The translations under genes were made by a program, and so were the position numbers. 64,000 nucleotides of DNA from Planctomycetota bacterium. GTDB taxonomy: Bacteria; Planctomycetota; UBA1135. Below the pieces are notes generated by a model, which was given only the letters and a program-made list of their open reading frames with translations, ran no database searches and was not told the origin of the DNA. Location of the stretch: the NCBI GenBank assembly GCA_018671175.1, contig JABHIE010000003.1, positions 36,560 through 100,559 on the forward strand. The letters run 5' to 3'. Shown here piece by piece: positions 39,786 through 49,332 of this stretch. The first letter of the stretch is position 1. Every line of letters begins with the position of its first letter.

Positions 39786-40428
39786 TTTCTTTAATGAATC
39801 GGCGCGTGGCCCAAGTGCCAAGGTAAAAGAGTGGTGTGTCTGCGAGAGCGATTAGCGTTTTGAATAACCAAAGATCAATAATCAATTCAATCATGCCGGC
39901 AGGCTCTCGCACACCCCAAAACAAAACCACAACTACAAGAATTGAATCGACGAGTTGTGAAACGAGTGTCGAAGCATTATTTCTGAGCCAGAGGTGCCGC
40001 CCATGCGTGAGTCGTTTCCAAAAATGGAAAAGGCGGATGTCAATAAATTGCGCCGTCAAATAGGCCAGCATCGATGCCAAAATCACGCGCCATGCGTTGT
40101 GGAAGACCGCATCGTAAGTGGAGTCGCCGACGGGAGAATCGGCAATCGCCGGGAATTGACCACCAAGCCATAAAATGCCCATAACTAGCGCAGATGCCCC
40201 AAAACCGGCCCAAACCACCGCATTGGCGCGTTGTTTGCCCCAAATTTCTGAGAGCAAATCGGTCACGAGAAAAGTAAGCGGATAAGCCAGAGCGCCCGCC
40301 GATAAAACGAAAACGCGAAAACCAAGGTCAACCGTTAAGAATTTATTTGCAATCAAATTCGTCACGACCAAGGCTGCGATAAACAATGCAGCTAGGAACA
40401 GGTAGAGACGGTCAGAACGCGACATCAA
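39769..40428 (-). CDS. Queuosine precursor transporter (YhhQ/VUT family)
   Basis: YPLTFLVTDLLSEIWG, AS.LAYL.AQFID, LWLRNNAST..SQLVD motifs. Confidence 0.92.
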   Translation of the reverse strand: MMSRSDRLYLFLAALFIAALVVTNLIANKFLTVDLGFRVFVLSAGALAYPLTFLVTDLLSEIWGKQRANAVVWAGFGASALVMGILWLGGQFPAIADSPVGDSTYDAVFHNAWRVILASMLAYLTAQFIDIRLFHFWKRLTHGRHLWLRNNASTLVSQLVDSILVVVVLFWGVREPAGMIELIIDLWLFKTLIALADTPLFYLGTWATRRFIKENELPL

Positions 40429-40429
40429 A

Positions 40430-41743
40430 TCACTTTACGGGATAGGTGGCTAAGACCCATGCTTTCCATGCTTCTTCGGCTTGGATTAAAGTCCAGCCAT
40501 AGGCACTCTTCATGGATTTTCGTTGAACGCTTAAATTTCCTGATTGGCTGGGGTCAAGTTTGAGAGCTAAGACATAATTCGAAAAGCTCTCGGCGTTGTG
40601 GAGTGAAAGGAACTGTACTTTTGACCATGAAACTAAATGTGCATCAAAGTCTAAATGTGAAAACTGAGTAGCCCGCCCCAATTCTGCAAACGAAATCGCA
40701 CGATCTTTTTGCACAAGTTTTCGTACAACGGGCGCCCAATTCGAAACATCTTTCGCAACTGAGGCTTGGCCTTCGCCGAGAGTGAAAAAGTTATAAACCT
40801 CAGAATTATTGCGGCACTGCAAATGCCCCCAGCCCGCGTCAAGCCAACTAGGCAAATCGATGCGGTAAAGCATGAAAGCGTTGAGCATGTTACTGCCGAC
40901 ATTATTCAGCAAAGCGTTGTGCATGTGCTGATCGTGCTTGATTGGTGTTTCGCCGCCTGTAGCACTAATTCCAAACCACAAAGATCGCGATGGAGTCGTG
41001 CCATCGGCTGCGCGAAAGCGGACATGGTGTCGCTGCGGGTAATCGTTTTTAAAACCAAGGTAATGATCTTTGACCGTAAGGAAGTCACGATCATGTTGAA
41101 GCATTAAAACCTCAAAGCGAAAGGGTGAGCCTAGATATTTGCCCAAGCCGACCTCTTGTGGAAACCGCTCAGGCCAGGGACCTTCCTTTAAGAATTGCTC
41201 TTTAAGTGGCTCAAAGAAATCGGGGCCTTGGATGCACTGCTCAAAAAGGCTTTCGCCAGGAAGTGCGCCGAAGTCTTGGTCTTCAAAGCCCATCGCCTGG
41301 AGGAAGCGCTGGTAAAAGGCTTCCATGCGCTCGGCGAATAAGTGCAAACGCAGCCAACGATCGAGAGTCTTGGTTTTTTTGGGGTTAATTGCAGGGAATT
41401 TTTCCGCCAAAGCAGAAAGCTCATTGAAATAATTTTCTTTATCTGCGAGTGGGATTTTCCATTTTTTCAAATCACATCCGATGCGAAAGTGCTTGGTTTC
41501 AATCCACAATATTTGTTGATTGTCGATGTGATTCGTAAGGGCTTCATTGTCAGCCGTCAAGAAAGGAAACTTGCCATGGTGAAAGGCAAAATCTTCCATT
41601 AACTTTGGGTGATGCAAGCAAACCGTGCAGCGGTTTTTCTTTTTTTCAGGTCGAGGTCCGGCTTGCCCAAGTGCAAGCGTTGAAGACAAACTGAACGCCA
41701 AGAAAATGCAAATCACGCGCGAGGATAAAGGCATTAAATTCAT
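40430..41743 (-). CDS. Secreted hypothetical protein
   Basis: Signal peptide, 437 aa, co-oriented with neighbours. Confidence 0.75.
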   Translation of the reverse strand: MNLMPLSSRVICIFLAFSLSSTLALGQAGPRPEKKKNRCTVCLHHPKLMEDFAFHHGKFPFLTADNEALTNHIDNQQILWIETKHFRIGCDLKKWKIPLADKENYFNELSALAEKFPAINPKKTKTLDRWLRLHLFAERMEAFYQRFLQAMGFEDQDFGALPGESLFEQCIQGPDFFEPLKEQFLKEGPWPERFPQEVGLGKYLGSPFRFEVLMLQHDRDFLTVKDHYLGFKNDYPQRHHVRFRAADGTTPSRSLWFGISATGGETPIKHDQHMHNALLNNVGSNMLNAFMLYRIDLPSWLDAGWGHLQCRNNSEVYNFFTLGEGQASVAKDVSNWAPVVRKLVQKDRAISFAELGRATQFSHLDFDAHLVSWSKVQFLSLHNAESFSNYVLALKLDPSQSGNLSVQRKSMKSAYGWTLIQAEEAWKAWVLATYPVK

Positions 41744-42642
41744 GGCTGAATTTTCTTTTTCCAGTTTTCGCCTTCTTCGACTAATTGGGTCATTGAAGGT
41801 CGTTCAAGCGGCTCACTGCCGTCAAGGGTTATGCGGCAGGCGTTGATTGCAGCGAGGCGAATCTGACTGCGATTGTCGCGCAAGGCGGGCAAAAGTAAGG
41901 CGGCGTCTCGTGGTCGTCCGCAAAAGGAATAGAGGCGCAAGCCGGCAAGTAAATCATCATAAATCGGAGAAGACAGATAGGGCTCAAGGCTGGCACCAAG
42001 TGCTTCGCGCGGCAGGCCGGTCAAATCAGCACGCAACAGTTCCGACTCTTTTGTCCAGCGCGCTTTAAGCTGAACATGCAACTCAGGGATCGCTTTGACT
42101 TCACCTCGGAAAGCTAGACCGCGCGCCACTTCAAATCTCTCAGCGCTTGACTCGTTTTTAAGCTGAGTGAGTAAAAATTTTGCAGCATCTTTTCGTTTGC
42201 TGTCTGCCCAGCGCCGAAGCAGGTAAACGCGAGCTGATGGAGCGGTCTTTTTTGTTAATTTGGCCCAAACCAAATCTAGATCTTCATCTGGCAGAATCTC
42301 AGCAAGCACACTCAAGAGCAATGGCAAACGCTCGGCCTTTTCGATATTGGCAAAGACCCGGATGCACTCAAGAGACGCCGCCCGCCCGACTTCTCGCACC
42401 TCTTCTGCCGCCTCAGCGGCCGTGACCTCTTTTTTTGCGCGCCCCATCACCCCAAGGGCTTTGGTGACAATCTTCTTTTTGGAAGATTTCAAACGCGGAA
42501 GCTTTCGTTTTTCTTTTTTAGTTTCTGCTGCCGCTTGTTTGGTCTCTTCTTGTTCGAGATTGTGCCGTTGAGCTACTTGAATCGGCAAACTCAAGGCGCA
42601 TGAAGAAGCGGGTAAAGCCACGAGGAGGGAGAGGAGCAGCAT
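41740..42642 (-). CDS. Exported HEAT-repeat protein
   Basis: Signal peptide; HEAT-like helices (L..L..E...R..A..L). Confidence 0.7.
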   Translation of the reverse strand: MLLLSLLVALPASSCALSLPIQVAQRHNLEQEETKQAAAETKKEKRKLPRLKSSKKKIVTKALGVMGRAKKEVTAAEAAEEVREVGRAASLECIRVFANIEKAERLPLLLSVLAEILPDEDLDLVWAKLTKKTAPSARVYLLRRWADSKRKDAAKFLLTQLKNESSAERFEVARGLAFRGEVKAIPELHVQLKARWTKESELLRADLTGLPREALGASLEPYLSSPIYDDLLAGLRLYSFCGRPRDAALLLPALRDNRSQIRLAAINACRITLDGSEPLERPSMTQLVEEGENWKKKIQP

Positions 42643-42716
42643 TACTGCAGTCTAATCCCTTTCGTCGATGGGGGGCAGGTCGTAGAATTCTCTTTCCGTC
42701 ACCTAAGACTAACCTC

Positions 42717-44453
42717 ATGAAATCAAACCTTTTCCTCTCCGCCCTACTCCTTCTCGCTGCCACGGCATGCTCAGAGGGGGTTGATTCTTCTACACCTACT
42801 GAGACCCCAACGACTGAAACCCCAACGGCCTCAGCGCATATCGCAAGTGCGACTCCGGTGCCTGCCGCAGCCACTGCAGATAGATCAGACGCTTCGTTGC
42901 AAGAGACTGCACCTGACGACAGCACCCCCGAAGCCGATTCATTATTTGGCGCACCAAAGAAAACAAAGCCGATTAAAATCCGCAAGCCACCGGTCTTAAT
43001 CGAAGTCAGCCATGACGAGCAAGTCGCTCGCACTTTGATTCACGGCCGCGGCTCAGCCTTGGTCTTCCAGCATCTCAAGCAGATGGCGTTTGACGCCGAG
43101 ATCGAGCGCCGCAAAATTGCAGGCGAGCCCTGGGAACGCGCCATGGTTTCAGAAGAAGAAGCACAGGTCAAAATCGATGCCACTATGGCGACCTTTGCAG
43201 ATAAAAACCCCACCATCGATTTCGCAGACGCTGTGGCGGCATCGGGCTACACCATGGCCGCATACAAAAAAGAAATCCGTCGCGGGATGGGCATCCAACG
43301 CTTGTTCTTCCCGACTGACCCTGAGCTATGGCAACTTGATTTGCTAAAAGAAGTTTTCGGCACAGGTAGCGAGCAGGCACCTTATGACGCTTGGGTGCTT
43401 CCGACTCATACGGCTCAAATGGAGCTAAAAGCCAAGGGCGAAGAGATTACGCCAATGAATGACCAAAGTCTGCAAATGTTCTTCATGCCACCCGTCTGGC
43501 GATGGATGTTTGCCTCGACCGATGTGCGCTACCCATTTGATGGCCTCCCTGAAGGCGTTGCTCTCGAAGTCAATGGGGTACAAGCCATGACCGCCGACTT
43601 AATGGCCGAGCTTGCCCCAAATCTGAGCGCGGTCGATCGCAAATTTGCCGAGAACTGGGTTCACAACATTGAGCGCCTCGATGCCGCATTGGCCAAGTCA
43701 GGCCATTTGCTCTCACCCGTTGCCGCTCGCGAAATCATTGATGTCGAAGCCGCAAAGTATGTGGGCACCATCATCACTCATGAGCAAATGGTTTTGCAGT
43801 TCTATGGCTTCCCAAGCATGGATTTGTTCCATCACTACACGCGCATGCGCGAGAGTTTCCGCTCGACTTTGCCTGATGAGATTCCGATTGCTGACCTGGA
43901 AGAGCACCTCTTGGGGCACGGCTCTTACCTGACCGCAGGTAAAGTGAATGCTGAAATTTTGTTGCTAACGGCAAAAAACCTCTTAACAAACAGTTACTCG
44001 CTCGATACAGATTCATTTGCGCTCGCAAAAATCCGAGCAGATGAAGTGTCGGCATTGCTCGCCGCTGAAGGTGCCGATTTCGGAGCCATCCTTGATGAGC
44101 ACAGCGACTACCCAGATGTCGTCCCTGGTCAAAACCCGCAAATTGCTCAACCTCATAAGGGGCGTTTGGGTGCGCAAAGCCGTAATGACTTGCGCGGTTT
44201 CTGTGCTGAAAACGATTACCACGATTTCATTTTTGGCGCTTCACTCGCTGATACGGTATTCAACCAAAAAGAGCTTAATCAGGTGTTTGGGCCCGTCCAA
44301 ACGCCTTTGGGTTATAGCTTTTATCGAGTCCTCGGTCATGTCGAAGGTGAAAGTGTCCTTGATCTTGATGGCGACGAGAATCATCGCTTGATGGTCACGG
44401 AAGACTATGTGACCACTGAATTCTTGGCCTACTTGGCAAGTCTGCAAGAGTAG
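42717..44453 (+). CDS. Lipoprotein with SurA/parvulin-like chaperone domain
   Basis: ATAC lipobox after ATG 42717; C-terminal DFGAILDEHSD..GRLG..FGPVQTPLGY parvulin-like pattern. Confidence 0.7.
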   Translation: MKSNLFLSALLLLAATACSEGVDSSTPTETPTTETPTASAHIASATPVPAAATADRSDASLQETAPDDSTPEADSLFGAPKKTKPIKIRKPPVLIEVSHDEQVARTLIHGRGSALVFQHLKQMAFDAEIERRKIAGEPWERAMVSEEEAQVKIDATMATFADKNPTIDFADAVAASGYTMAAYKKEIRRGMGIQRLFFPTDPELWQLDLLKEVFGTGSEQAPYDAWVLPTHTAQMELKAKGEEITPMNDQSLQMFFMPPVWRWMFASTDVRYPFDGLPEGVALEVNGVQAMTADLMAELAPNLSAVDRKFAENWVHNIERLDAALAKSGHLLSPVAAREIIDVEAAKYVGTIITHEQMVLQFYGFPSMDLFHHYTRMRESFRSTLPDEIPIADLEEHLLGHGSYLTAGKVNAEILLLTAKNLLTNSYSLDTDSFALAKIRADEVSALLAAEGADFGAILDEHSDYPDVVPGQNPQIAQPHKGRLGAQSRNDLRGFCAENDYHDFIFGASLADTVFNQKELNQVFGPVQTPLGYSFYRVLGHVEGESVLDLDGDENHRLMVTEDYVTTEFLAYLASLQE

Positions 44454-44476
44454 TTACCCGGGCTCTGCCCATCGCT

Positions 44477-46324
44477 TTGTCTAAGCAAACAAAATCGATT
44501 TCAAGTCTTCGTCGCCTGCTCCCGTATTTGAAAAAATATAAGGGGCAGGCGGTGGCGATTGTTTTGCTGGGGGCCGTGTCGGCGGTTGGCTCCAAAATAA
44601 CTCTTGTGTTGCTTAAGCCTTTGATGGGCTTGCTCTTTCAAGAAGACCAAGAAGATCTAGGCAATTCAATCCTTGATCATTATGTCCGCGATACGCTCGA
44701 CCCTTGGTTGCAGCAGCTTGATTGGTTTGGGTGGGGGCCGCAAGTTTCTTCTGCCGTGGCGCTGATGCTGGCGATGATTGCTGTTGGCGCAGTTTTTTCT
44801 GTGACCCATTATTTCTTCTTGTTGATTTCGCGCATGTTGGGTGTCCGCATGATTACTGATTTGCGCCAAGACTTAGCCGAGCATGTGATGTCGCTAGATA
44901 TGCGCTACCACTCGGGGCGTAGCATGGGCGATTTGCTCTCTCGCATCACCAATGATGTCGGCACCAGTTTGCGCGTGCTCAGCATTTTGGTCGAAGAACT
45001 TATTCAAGACCCCTTTCACATCATCGCGCTCTTAGTCGTTGCATACGCTGCGGCGCCTACCGCAACGATTGGCATGCTTGTCTTTCTGCCGTTGTTGGCT
45101 TGGCCGGTTATCAAGCTCGGCCCCAAGGTGCGCACACGCAGTAAATTGTCGCAAGAGTCTCTTGGCGACACGACGCATTCTTTGATGCAAATTCTTTCTG
45201 GCATTCGCGTAGTAAAATCTTTTCGTGCCGAGGCGCGTGAGGCCGCTCGCTACCGCAAGGCCAATGATGAATTCCTCCATCAAACCAAGCGCATGGTGCG
45301 TGCGCAGGCGTTAACCCTCGGCATTTCATCTTTCTTGTCCCAAGGCGGGCTTGGGCTAATCTTCGGTCTGATGGTTTTGGTTAGCGCACTCTTTACACCA
45401 CTATTCCAGAGTGCCAGTTCCATGATGGTCTTCTTGGTCGCAATAGGCACCCTGTTCGCCCATGTGAAGCGCGTCACCAAGGCGATTTCGATTGTCTATT
45501 CGTCAAGCGGGGCGGCGGTTCGGGTGTTTGATATCCTCGACATGCAAGGTGGAGTTCCCGACTCTCCACAGGCCTTGTCTTGCGCGCCACTAACCGATTC
45601 GATTGAGTTCGATCAAGTCGTTTTCGATTACGGCGTGGGCGAAGGCCCTGCGATTAACGGCGTCTCTTTTACAGTCAAGCGAGGCGAGCGCATCGCCTTT
45701 GTTGGCGCATCTGGCTCAGGTAAAAGTACGCTTCTCGATTTGGTTGCGCGTTTCTACGACCCCACTCAAGGCGTCGTCCGTATTGACGGGCACAATTTGC
45801 GTGACTTGGCTAAAAACGATTGGCTCGATCAGCTGGCTGTGGTGCAGCAGTCTCCCTTTCTTTTCCAGACCACGCTTCGAGAAAATATCCGATATGGCCG
45901 CCCCGATGCAAGTGACCAAGAGGTCCTCCTCGCTGCGAAACGCGCCAATCTCGATTCCTTTTTGGCTGAGCTGCCCCAAGGCCTTGAGACACCTGTTGGC
46001 GATGACGGAGCGCGCCTCTCAGGTGGTCAGGCGCAGCGAGTTACGATTGCCCGTGCTTTGCTAAAAGATGCCGAGGTTCTTCTGCTCGATGAAGCCACGA
46101 GCGCGCTTGATTCGGAAAGCGAAAAAAATGTCCAGTCGGCTCTCGAAGAGCTGATGCGTGGTCGCACGGTGTTTTGCATCGCGCATCGCCTTTCTACGAT
46201 TCGTTCGGCCGACCGCATTTTGGTTTTTGACCGTGGCAAAATCGTCGAAGATGGTTCTCATGATGCTTTGGTCGAGTTGGGCGGCGTTTATGCCAATCTC
46301 TGGGCTTTGCAGGCTGGCTCTTAA
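44477..46324 (+). CDS. ABC exporter, fused TMD-NBD (MsbA-like)
   Basis: GASGSGKST, LSGGQ, LLLDEATSALD, IAHRLST; N-terminal TM domain. Confidence 0.93.
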   Translation: MSKQTKSISSLRRLLPYLKKYKGQAVAIVLLGAVSAVGSKITLVLLKPLMGLLFQEDQEDLGNSILDHYVRDTLDPWLQQLDWFGWGPQVSSAVALMLAMIAVGAVFSVTHYFFLLISRMLGVRMITDLRQDLAEHVMSLDMRYHSGRSMGDLLSRITNDVGTSLRVLSILVEELIQDPFHIIALLVVAYAAAPTATIGMLVFLPLLAWPVIKLGPKVRTRSKLSQESLGDTTHSLMQILSGIRVVKSFRAEAREAARYRKANDEFLHQTKRMVRAQALTLGISSFLSQGGLGLIFGLMVLVSALFTPLFQSASSMMVFLVAIGTLFAHVKRVTKAISIVYSSSGAAVRVFDILDMQGGVPDSPQALSCAPLTDSIEFDQVVFDYGVGEGPAINGVSFTVKRGERIAFVGASGSGKSTLLDLVARFYDPTQGVVRIDGHNLRDLAKNDWLDQLAVVQQSPFLFQTTLRENIRYGRPDASDQEVLLAAKRANLDSFLAELPQGLETPVGDDGARLSGGQAQRVTIARALLKDAEVLLLDEATSALDSESEKNVQSALEELMRGRTVFCIAHRLSTIRSADRILVFDRGKIVEDGSHDALVELGGVYANLWALQAGS

Positions 46325-46381
46325 CCGACGCTCAGCCCTTATGTGAGCCACTCGCGAGCCCTCACATGCGCTCGTTGACGA

Positions 46382-47587
46382 TTAAGCTTGTGGGCTTAAC
46401 TGCACAAGAGCAGTGGCTTCCACCGTTTCGACCCCGCCTATATTTTCGGTGGTTTTGCCCTTAATATTGACACAACTCACATCGATTTTGAGCCAGTTGG
46501 CTAGTCGTGCCCGCATCACCGCCCGATAAGGGCCAATCTTGGGTCGATCACAAACCAAAACAAGATCGACACCCTGCACATCCCAGCCCGCGTCAGAGGC
46601 CTGCTGAGTCGCGGCATGCAAAAAAGTCGCCGAATCAGCGCCTTCCCAGCGTGGGTCGGTATCAGGGAAAAGCGTGCCTAAGTCATCTAGACCCGCCGCG
46701 CCAAGGATGGCGTCGGTCAAAGCGTGGAGTGCCGCGTCTGCATCGGAGTGCCCCATTGGGCCAACGGGGCAATCAATCAAAATACCGGCCAAGATGCATG
46801 GCCGCCCCTCAACTAAACGATGTCGATCCCAGCCAAGCCCCGTGCGGTGCGCGCATGGCTTGAGACCGCAGATGGCCGTCGTCGATTGACCCGCGTCTGG
46901 CTCGGTGGATTGCAGCAGGGCTTCCGCCAAATCAAAATCGCTGGATTGCGTGATTTTGAAGTTGTGCTCGCTGCATGCCACAAGAGTAGGAGCATGCCCC
47001 GCTGCCTCGAGCAGCATGGCTTCATCGGTCGGCAAAGTGGGGGCTTGCCACGAGGCAAAGGCGGCGAGCATCCAGTCGCGGCGGCCACCTTGTGGCGTCT
47101 GTGCGCGCCAAAGTCGTTGGCGGTCGATGGTCTCTTGGACGCAACCATCAACGCTCGATTTTTTGAGCGTGTCGGCAAGAGGCGTAGCCGCAAGTGCGCA
47201 GCCTTTTTCTCGTGCGGCCTGGGCGACAGCTTCAATATCGGCAATCGTGAGTAGCGCGCGCGCGACATCGTGAACGAGCAAAATCGGCATCGCACCAGTC
47301 GAAGCCTCGCACCCCGCACGACTCGAAAGCCATCTTTCTTTTCCGCCCGACACAATCTGGTCGGCCCCGTTTTCGGCAGGATGAAAACCCCAATTATGAG
47401 CGAGACTGTCGATGTCGGAAGAGTTCATGACTACGATGATTTCGCCTACGGATGGTGCGTTGCGGCAAGTGCGCATCACGCGAGCGAGTAGAGGCTCGCC
47501 AGCCAAATCGAGCAACGCTTTGTTGCCGCGCCCCAGCCTTTTGCCCTGGCCGGCCGCGAGTAGAACCATCGTCGTGTCAACGGACAT
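46382..47587 (-). CDS. ispDF: Bifunctional IspD/IspF
   Basis: LAAGQG.R..K, HDVAR, QTPQ, TDEA, NFKIT (IspD); G.GWD.H, GHSDAD..HA..DA.LGA, PKI, NIKGKTTE (IspF). Confidence 0.93.
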   Translation of the reverse strand: MSVDTTMVLLAAGQGKRLGRGNKALLDLAGEPLLARVMRTCRNAPSVGEIIVVMNSSDIDSLAHNWGFHPAENGADQIVSGGKERWLSSRAGCEASTGAMPILLVHDVARALLTIADIEAVAQAAREKGCALAATPLADTLKKSSVDGCVQETIDRQRLWRAQTPQGGRRDWMLAAFASWQAPTLPTDEAMLLEAAGHAPTLVACSEHNFKITQSSDFDLAEALLQSTEPDAGQSTTAICGLKPCAHRTGLGWDRHRLVEGRPCILAGILIDCPVGPMGHSDADAALHALTDAILGAAGLDDLGTLFPDTDPRWEGADSATFLHAATQQASDAGWDVQGVDLVLVCDRPKIGPYRAVMRARLANWLKIDVSCVNIKGKTTENIGGVETVEATALVQLSPQA

Positions 47588-47609
47588 GGGCAGAGGTTAG
47601 CATGAGCGC

Positions 47610-48170
47610 ATGTCGGTCGCGCGCATCCTCGGCGTTGACCCAGGCACCCGCAAGGCTGGCTGGGCGGTGCTTGATGTTTTCAAGGGCGGCCAGTTGAGCT
47701 TGGTCGCGAGTGGCACCTGGCGGCTCGGCGATTCTCGAGTTGCTGTTGGGCAGCGGCTTTACAAATTGCAGGTCGAAATGGCAGCAGTCATGGGTGAGTT
47801 TCAGCCCACTCAGGTTGCGCTTGAGTCAGCCTTTTTCGGGCAAAACGCAAAGACGGCGCTGCGCATCGGTGAGGCTCGCGGTTTGGTGCTTGCCGCAGCT
47901 GCAGGGCGAGATTTGCCGCTTCAAGAGTTACCTCCGGCTTTGGTTAAGCGGCGGGTGGCGGGTGCGGGCGCGGCGTCAAAAGAGCAGATTGCGGCTTATG
48001 TGCGGGTGCATTTGCAATTGCCTTCTGATCATGCTTTCGACAGCGAAGATGCATCTGATGCCTGCGCCGTTGCGCTTTGCATGGCTTTTTCACTCGACGC
48101 TAACGGCATATCGCCCGCCCAAAATGCAAAAAAAGGGTGTAAACTTCCTCCTGGGGCACGGTTTCAGTAA
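47610..48170 (+). CDS. ruvC: Holliday junction resolvase RuvC
   Basis: ILGVDPG, ALESAF, GEARG, G.GAASKEQ, DASDA.AVA motifs. Confidence 0.95.
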   Translation: MSVARILGVDPGTRKAGWAVLDVFKGGQLSLVASGTWRLGDSRVAVGQRLYKLQVEMAAVMGEFQPTQVALESAFFGQNAKTALRIGEARGLVLAAAAGRDLPLQELPPALVKRRVAGAGAASKEQIAAYVRVHLQLPSDHAFDSEDASDACAVALCMAFSLDANGISPAQNAKKGCKLPPGARFQ

Positions 48171-48191
48171 TCGCCGCTCCCGTTTGCGATT

Positions 48192-48950
48192 GTGCAGACG
48201 CATCCCCTCATGAATCCAAGCCATCCACCCTTTTCGGGGGACGACATCCTCCGCTGGCTCGCTCGACATCCTGCCGCGCTTGAGCCGGGCATTGTGTTTT
48301 TTGACAGCCCCTTGGCGCTTGATGCTGACTTGTCTATTCCGCTTTGGGGCGCCGATCCGCTAGGCCGACCATGCTTGGTGCTCTGGTTTCAAGAGTGGGG
48401 GCCAACCGCATTCGATTTGCTCATGGATTGCGTGACGCGTCTTCGCTCTGAGGGCGACCGCTTGGCCAAGTCTTGCGCGCGCCCACTTGAGCCACGAGTT
48501 TTCGTTATGGCGCCTCAATATTCGCGCTCGGTTTTGCAGCGCTTGCTCTTGCTTGGCGACGCTTTCCCCTTGCGTGCTTTTTCGGTTGATGCCGATACAA
48601 CGATTGACCCACCCGAGCCAACCTTGACCATCGAAAGCGCGGTAGCATTTTCTTCGACGGACGACCTGCTCGATGTCTTAAATGCCTCGTGCCGCTCCAA
48701 TGCCAACCGCTTGCTGCAATCCGCCGCCGCTCTTCGCCCGGCTGTTCAGGTGCAAGCCGCAGCCTGGCCGATTGTTTTTCGCAGTCAGCACGGCCCTTGC
48801 GCCTCGCTCTATCACGATGGCGATCAGTTGGTGTTGGCTTGCCGTGTCGAGCAGGGCATAGACAGCTTTCTCCTTGACGAAGACGAGCAGGTTGACCGCG
48901 CAATCGACGCTTTAATGCGCGAACAATGGAATTTACGGATGACCCCGTAA
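48192..48950 (+). CDS. Hypothetical protein (start could be 48210)
   Basis: 252-aa ORF co-oriented within the ruvC-purB run. Confidence 0.65.
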   Translation: MQTHPLMNPSHPPFSGDDILRWLARHPAALEPGIVFFDSPLALDADLSIPLWGADPLGRPCLVLWFQEWGPTAFDLLMDCVTRLRSEGDRLAKSCARPLEPRVFVMAPQYSRSVLQRLLLLGDAFPLRAFSVDADTTIDPPEPTLTIESAVAFSSTDDLLDVLNASCRSNANRLLQSAAALRPAVQVQAAAWPIVFRSQHGPCASLYHDGDQLVLACRVEQGIDSFLLDEDEQVDRAIDALMREQWNLRMTP

Positions 48951-48980
48951 CCATTTGCCTCTTCATCCGTCTACACAAAG

Positions 48981-49328
48981 ATGGATGCCCCTTCGCGCTC
49001 TACGCTCCTCTTCAGTTTGCTTTTTTGTTGGGTCAGTGGCCGCATGGTCTTGAGCGAGTTGCTGCCTAACCGTGGCGTGCCGCAGCAGTCTGTCCCTGAT
49101 TTGGCTTGCGGTGGGTGGCGTGAGCTGGCTCTGCTGCCTGGCGTCGGCGAATCGCAGGCAAAAGAGATGGTGCGCTCCCGGGCGAAACTCGGCTTGCCTC
49201 TGACGGCCGACCGCTTGGTGCTGCTCCCGGGTTTGGGGCCCGCTGGGGTGCTAGAAGTCAAGGCTTGGCTCCGTGAATGCGAGATGCGCCATTCCAAAGA
49301 GCCGGCTTCGGTCGACCCGATAGAATAG
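48981..49328 (+). CDS. ComEA-like helix-hairpin-helix protein
   Basis: N-terminal TM, then ELALLPGVG..A and L.LLPGLGP HhH pair. Confidence 0.75.
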   Translation: MDAPSRSTLLFSLLFCWVSGRMVLSELLPNRGVPQQSVPDLACGGWRELALLPGVGESQAKEMVRSRAKLGLPLTADRLVLLPGLGPAGVLEVKAWLRECEMRHSKEPASVDPIE

Positions 49329-49332
49329 GGCG

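Noticed and set aside
40420..40440. preQ1 riboswitch upstream of the queuosine transporter
   Set aside because: The gene directly follows the upstream CDS with no leader space or motif
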